The notes below the pieces were generated by a model. That model searched no databases. It had not been told where the DNA came from and saw only the letters and a program-made list of their open reading frames with translations. Of a DNA stretch of 64,000 bases, positions 60,628 to 64,000 are shown piece by piece. Origin of the DNA: Guillardia theta CCMP2712. Its lineage: Eukaryota > Protista > Cryptophyta. Position 1 is the first letter of the stretch. Each line of letters opens with the position of its first letter. The DNA is taken from contig NW_005434585.1 of the NCBI RefSeq assembly GCF_000315625.1, positions 200,616 through 264,615 of the forward strand, given 5' to 3'. Both the position numbers and the translations under genes were made by a program.

Positions 60628-61000
60628 TTATCGGAGCGCCGATTTCATGTTGTCGGATGCTACGAACAAGTCATCATGCACGATCATCGCTGATACGCGT
60701 GTGTACAGCTTCTCGAAGGTTCGTTTCTCTCTCTTGTCTTGCTCGATCTTTCTTATCCTTGACAGCCCTTGAGCATCGAGGGCGCACATACGTACCTCAC
60801 CTCATCTCCTCGTTCTTCTTCTTGTGGTAGAAACCTGGCTCGTACTTGAAGACACTCTCAGCCTCGTTGTCCTCGTCAACCGTGTCGTCAAACCTGCGAA
60901 CAGCAAGCGCTCCTCCTCCCTCCTCCTCCTCCTCCTCCTCCTCTCTCCTCCTCTCTCCTCTCCTCGCTCCCTCGCTCCCGTCCCCTCCGCTTGCCATCAT
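60628..61000 (-). CDS. Possible small spliced hypothetical protein
   Basis: Segments FDDTVDEDNEAESVFKYEPGFYHKKKNEEM|RAVKDKKDRARQERETNLREAVHT|PSDNMKSALR* can be joined by short GT-AG introns. No family recognised. Confidence 0.3.
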
Positions 61001-61271
61001 GCCTCGCAGCAGGGTTTGCAGGTTTACCCTCATCCCCCAACAACTTGGCAGCAATGCGGCAGCTCAGCCTGAGCCGGGCTGGCGCCGGGCCGGGCACCTG
61101 CCGGGCACTCCCAGGGGCACTCCGGGGCCGGGCAGCTGGCGGCCGGGCAGCTGGCCGGGTCTGCCCCAGCTGCTGCACTGCCGCACGCGATCACTACCAT
61201 CCGCGGCTCGATGTGAAGCAATTCATTCAAGGCTGCTCAATAGACTCGAGACAGAATTACTACTACGGTGG

Positions 61272-62528
61272 CTACATCGGTGAGGTGAGAGCAGCAACAC
61301 ACATCATGATCAACGTCACAGCTGAAAGAGCCTGAGCCCCGCCGCGGCCAACACCAGCCGCCCCACTCGAAAGTGTGTTGGAGCCCCCAGAGGCTTTCGG
61401 GGTTGAGGTTGGAGGAGCTGGAGCCCCAGACTGCTGTCCGTTGTTGCCGCCGCCAGGTTGCGGATCAGTAGGAGCCCCGACGACCCATCGAGGGTAAGCA
61501 GTGTTTCCAGACCTCCTGGTACCGGGACCACCAGACCCGTAGAAAGCAACTTGATTGGCCGTCTGAAAGTAAGCGGAAGGAAAGATGATGTCGAAGTATG
61601 CCGATGCTTTGTCTCCGGGGACAGGGTTCACTCTTAGCTGTACGGTGCCGGTGGAGTAGTTGGCCAAGGAGACGGTGGTTCCAGCAATGGTCATGGTCGC
61701 GGAGTTGAAGGCCTTGTTCAGTTGCAGAGAAATCAGCTTGCCGCCAAGAGTGAAGGTGATGTCGTTGACCTCGACGTTGTGCATGCCAGTGAGATTCTTG
61801 GACTGAGAGTTGAACGTCATGCCTGCTGCTGTCTGATCGCTGTCCACAACAGTGACCTTGTACCTCACAAGGAGGTGCTTGGCGTCAGGATCCGACATGT
61901 AGTTGCTGCCCATGGTCCCTCCGTAGGTCATGAACGCGATGTCTCCCGATGAGAAAGAGACGTCGTCTCCCGAGCACTGCTTGTTGGACGTCGTCGTGAT
62001 GCACATGTCGACTTTGAGCTTCGTGCTGTGATCTGCGGGTATGTCAGTGACGGAGTTGAAGCTGAGGGGGATGGTCTTGGTGTTGATCGTCCCTGAGGTC
62101 ATGATCGCGTTCATCGTGCCGATGTAGCCTGCGCTCGTTACGTCGTTGCCAACCAGCGCTCCGGCCATCATGTAAGCGTACGTCGATGACCCCACTGCCT
62201 CACTCGCTGACCATTGGAGAAAGCCATTGTTGATGTTGGGAAGGCCTGTTATCTGGATGAGATTGTTGCTGTCTGTGCTGTAGGTGTTGAGGTCGTAGAT
62301 CCATCCCAGCGTCATCGGCGTCAGGGTGACATAGGCCGAGGGGCCGGGGCTTGCAGCAGTGCATGGGCCGTAGGCGGCGGTAGAACAGGCCGCTTCCTGG
62401 GAGCTGCAGCCCAGGATGACTCCAGCGCAGATGTTCTGACCCTCAGCCTTGACGAAGGTGAAGGGAGAGGAGCAGTGGGATGAGGGGAGGGAGCAGAGAA
62501 GGAGGGCGAGAAGAGCTGCAGTGTGCAT
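61272..62528 (-). CDS. Secreted, probably GPI-anchored cell-surface protein (418 aa, intronless)
   Basis: Signal peptide MHTAALLALLLCSLPSSHC, Cys-containing N-terminus, Thr/Ser/Gly-rich beta-type body, Pro/Gly/Ser stalk, small-residue omega-like region (SSGAAG), and terminal hydrophobic tail ALSAVTLIMMCVAALTSPM with no cytoplasmic tail. Confidence 0.85.
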   Translation of the reverse strand: MHTAALLALLLCSLPSSHCSSPFTFVKAEGQNICAGVILGCSSQEAACSTAAYGPCTAASPGPSAYVTLTPMTLGWIYDLNTYSTDSNNLIQITGLPNINNGFLQWSASEAVGSSTYAYMMAGALVGNDVTSAGYIGTMNAIMTSGTINTKTIPLSFNSVTDIPADHSTKLKVDMCITTTSNKQCSGDDVSFSSGDIAFMTYGGTMGSNYMSDPDAKHLLVRYKVTVVDSDQTAAGMTFNSQSKNLTGMHNVEVNDITFTLGGKLISLQLNKAFNSATMTIAGTTVSLANYSTGTVQLRVNPVPGDKASAYFDIIFPSAYFQTANQVAFYGSGGPGTRRSGNTAYPRWVVGAPTDPQPGGGNNGQQSGAPAPPTSTPKASGGSNTLSSGAAGVGRGGAQALSAVTLIMMCVAALTSPM

Positions 62529-64000
62529 GACGATCCCTCTCTTTCAAAGCAGCTGCAGGGGGGATGGAGGGGTCCGGAAGTTAATTAATATTCCGACGGG
62601 GCAGCGGTTATTCATGTAACTGTCCCTCGTACAGTCCGTGCCAGTGAAATACAGGCTGACAAGGGCTCATGGGCGGGAACGGGGAGCGAAGGGGGGTGGT
62701 ATTTCAAAACTTGAGTTTTAAATTTAGAGAACGTCAAGTAAAAAGTGACGGTCCTTTTTTACTTTTTTCGGATCGGATTTGAAAAACAAAGCACTACTAC
62801 TGTGTTTAAATTTGAGTAAAGGCTTGAACTGTCGGCGGCAGGCTACTGTCTGTACGTTTACCGTTGAAAACGGTTGTAGTGAAATTTAACGAACTGTCGG
62901 TGAAATTTGTACCGTCCAGCGATCGGACACGGTAGCGTACCGGACACACCTAGTTGCGTCTACTAAGTTCCTTCTTTCCGTCCTCTCCGAGCCGAGCGGC
63001 CCAGATCGTTGCAGTCCGATTCCGTCAAGTTCTTTTCTGACGGCAGGAGACACCATCCTTCTCCGACTCCTGATTCCCCTCCTCTCTCTTCCGATTTCAC
63101 TGCCCGGCCCGGCCTTGCTACCGTTGCCGCTGCCTCCCCCGGGCCGTGGGAAAGTTCCGGGACACCCGGAGGGCCACCTCCTCGGAGGCTCCTCCTCTCT
63201 CCTCCGGAGGCTTCTCCTGCTCTTCTCGCTCCAGGCTCCGAGTGACTCCCGTACCCAGGCTCCGCCGCTGCGGCCCGGAACGCCGGGCCAGCCGCCAGTG
63301 CGCCGGGCTGGCCCGGCGCACCCGGCGGCGTCAGCTGCCGGGGCACCGTCTGCGCACCGCCGCGCACTGCGGCACTGCCGCAGGTCAGGGGCCGGGCAGC
63401 CTGGCATCATTGGGGCTCACCGCTCAGTCTGAGTCCGAGGCTCGACCGTACGGCGCGGCGGGGCCGGCTTGATCGGGCCCGGCGGTACTAGTCGGACACT
63501 CGCCGTGACCGTCTCGCGGCCGGCGCCGCCCGCCGGGCCACCGGCGGCTCGGCCGGGCTAGCCTGACTACCGTACCGTACTTCTGGCCGAGAGCCTGATT
63601 TAAGTTCAACTTTTACTATTATTACGATCCGCCGGACTCGTGACTCAGCATGGCCGCGACTGCCGCACCGGTGCCTGAGCCTCCGGCTGCCGCAGTGCCA
63701 GCCCGGCTGCGGCCACGCTGGGTGGAGAGAGTGAGATCAGTCAGGGAACTTGACCTACCAAGTTCGGCCGGGCCCGGAACCGTCTCCGCCCGCCCGTCGT
63801 CGGCTCGGATCGGGCCGCTCGGCCCGCCGGGCCCGGGCCGACGGCCGCCGCCGGGGCCGGGGCCCGGACTGAACATGCAAACTACACTACCCCTACCCCA
63901 TGCTTTCCTCAACCCTACCCTACCCACTCCACCTAGTCTTCATTTTCTGGGGCGGACTTGATCCAAAGGACCCTGACGAAAGTGACGTGACGCAAAAAAT

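Noticed and set aside
62886-63961. Several overlapping Gly/Pro/Arg/Ala-rich ORFs (also 30982-31383 and 60846-61335)
   Set aside because: They are open only because the GC-palindrome islands lack stop codons; no domain signal.

Overview
Eukaryotic nuclear DNA: gene-dense, with many short (about 45-60 nt) GT-AG introns, longer introns filled with microsatellites, and two 100-N assembly gaps. A bipartite signal-plus-transit peptide suggests an alga with a secondary red plastid, most likely a cryptophyte such as Guillardia (inference). Genes reconstructed by hand across introns: an ATRX/ARIP4-like SNF2 remodeller (-); a GT25-like glycosyltransferase (-); a plastid-targeted ABHD10-like hydrolase lacking the catalytic Ser (+); an FKBP-type PPIase with an NPxTGR motif (-); a multidomain FG-repeat/RRM-like/DZIP3-type HEPN/Ser-Thr kinase/EF-hand/PH protein (-); histone H4 with a canonical 3' stem-loop (+); a 14-kb Hobbit/BLTP2/SABRE lipid-bridge gene with an inserted DEP domain (+); a small Cys-rich conserved protein (-); an LRR receptor-like protein (+); a tandem GT25-like protein (+); GTP cyclohydrolase I followed by, and possibly fused to, a Glu-type PTPS-III (+); and a secreted, probably GPI-anchored protein (-). 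The two most striking candidates are the HEPN-RNase/kinase protein, a possible RNase L/IRE1-analogous defence effector, and the GCH1-PTPS-III arrangement, a possible two-step folate pterin shortcut. All domain calls come from motif recognition by eye; no database search was run.
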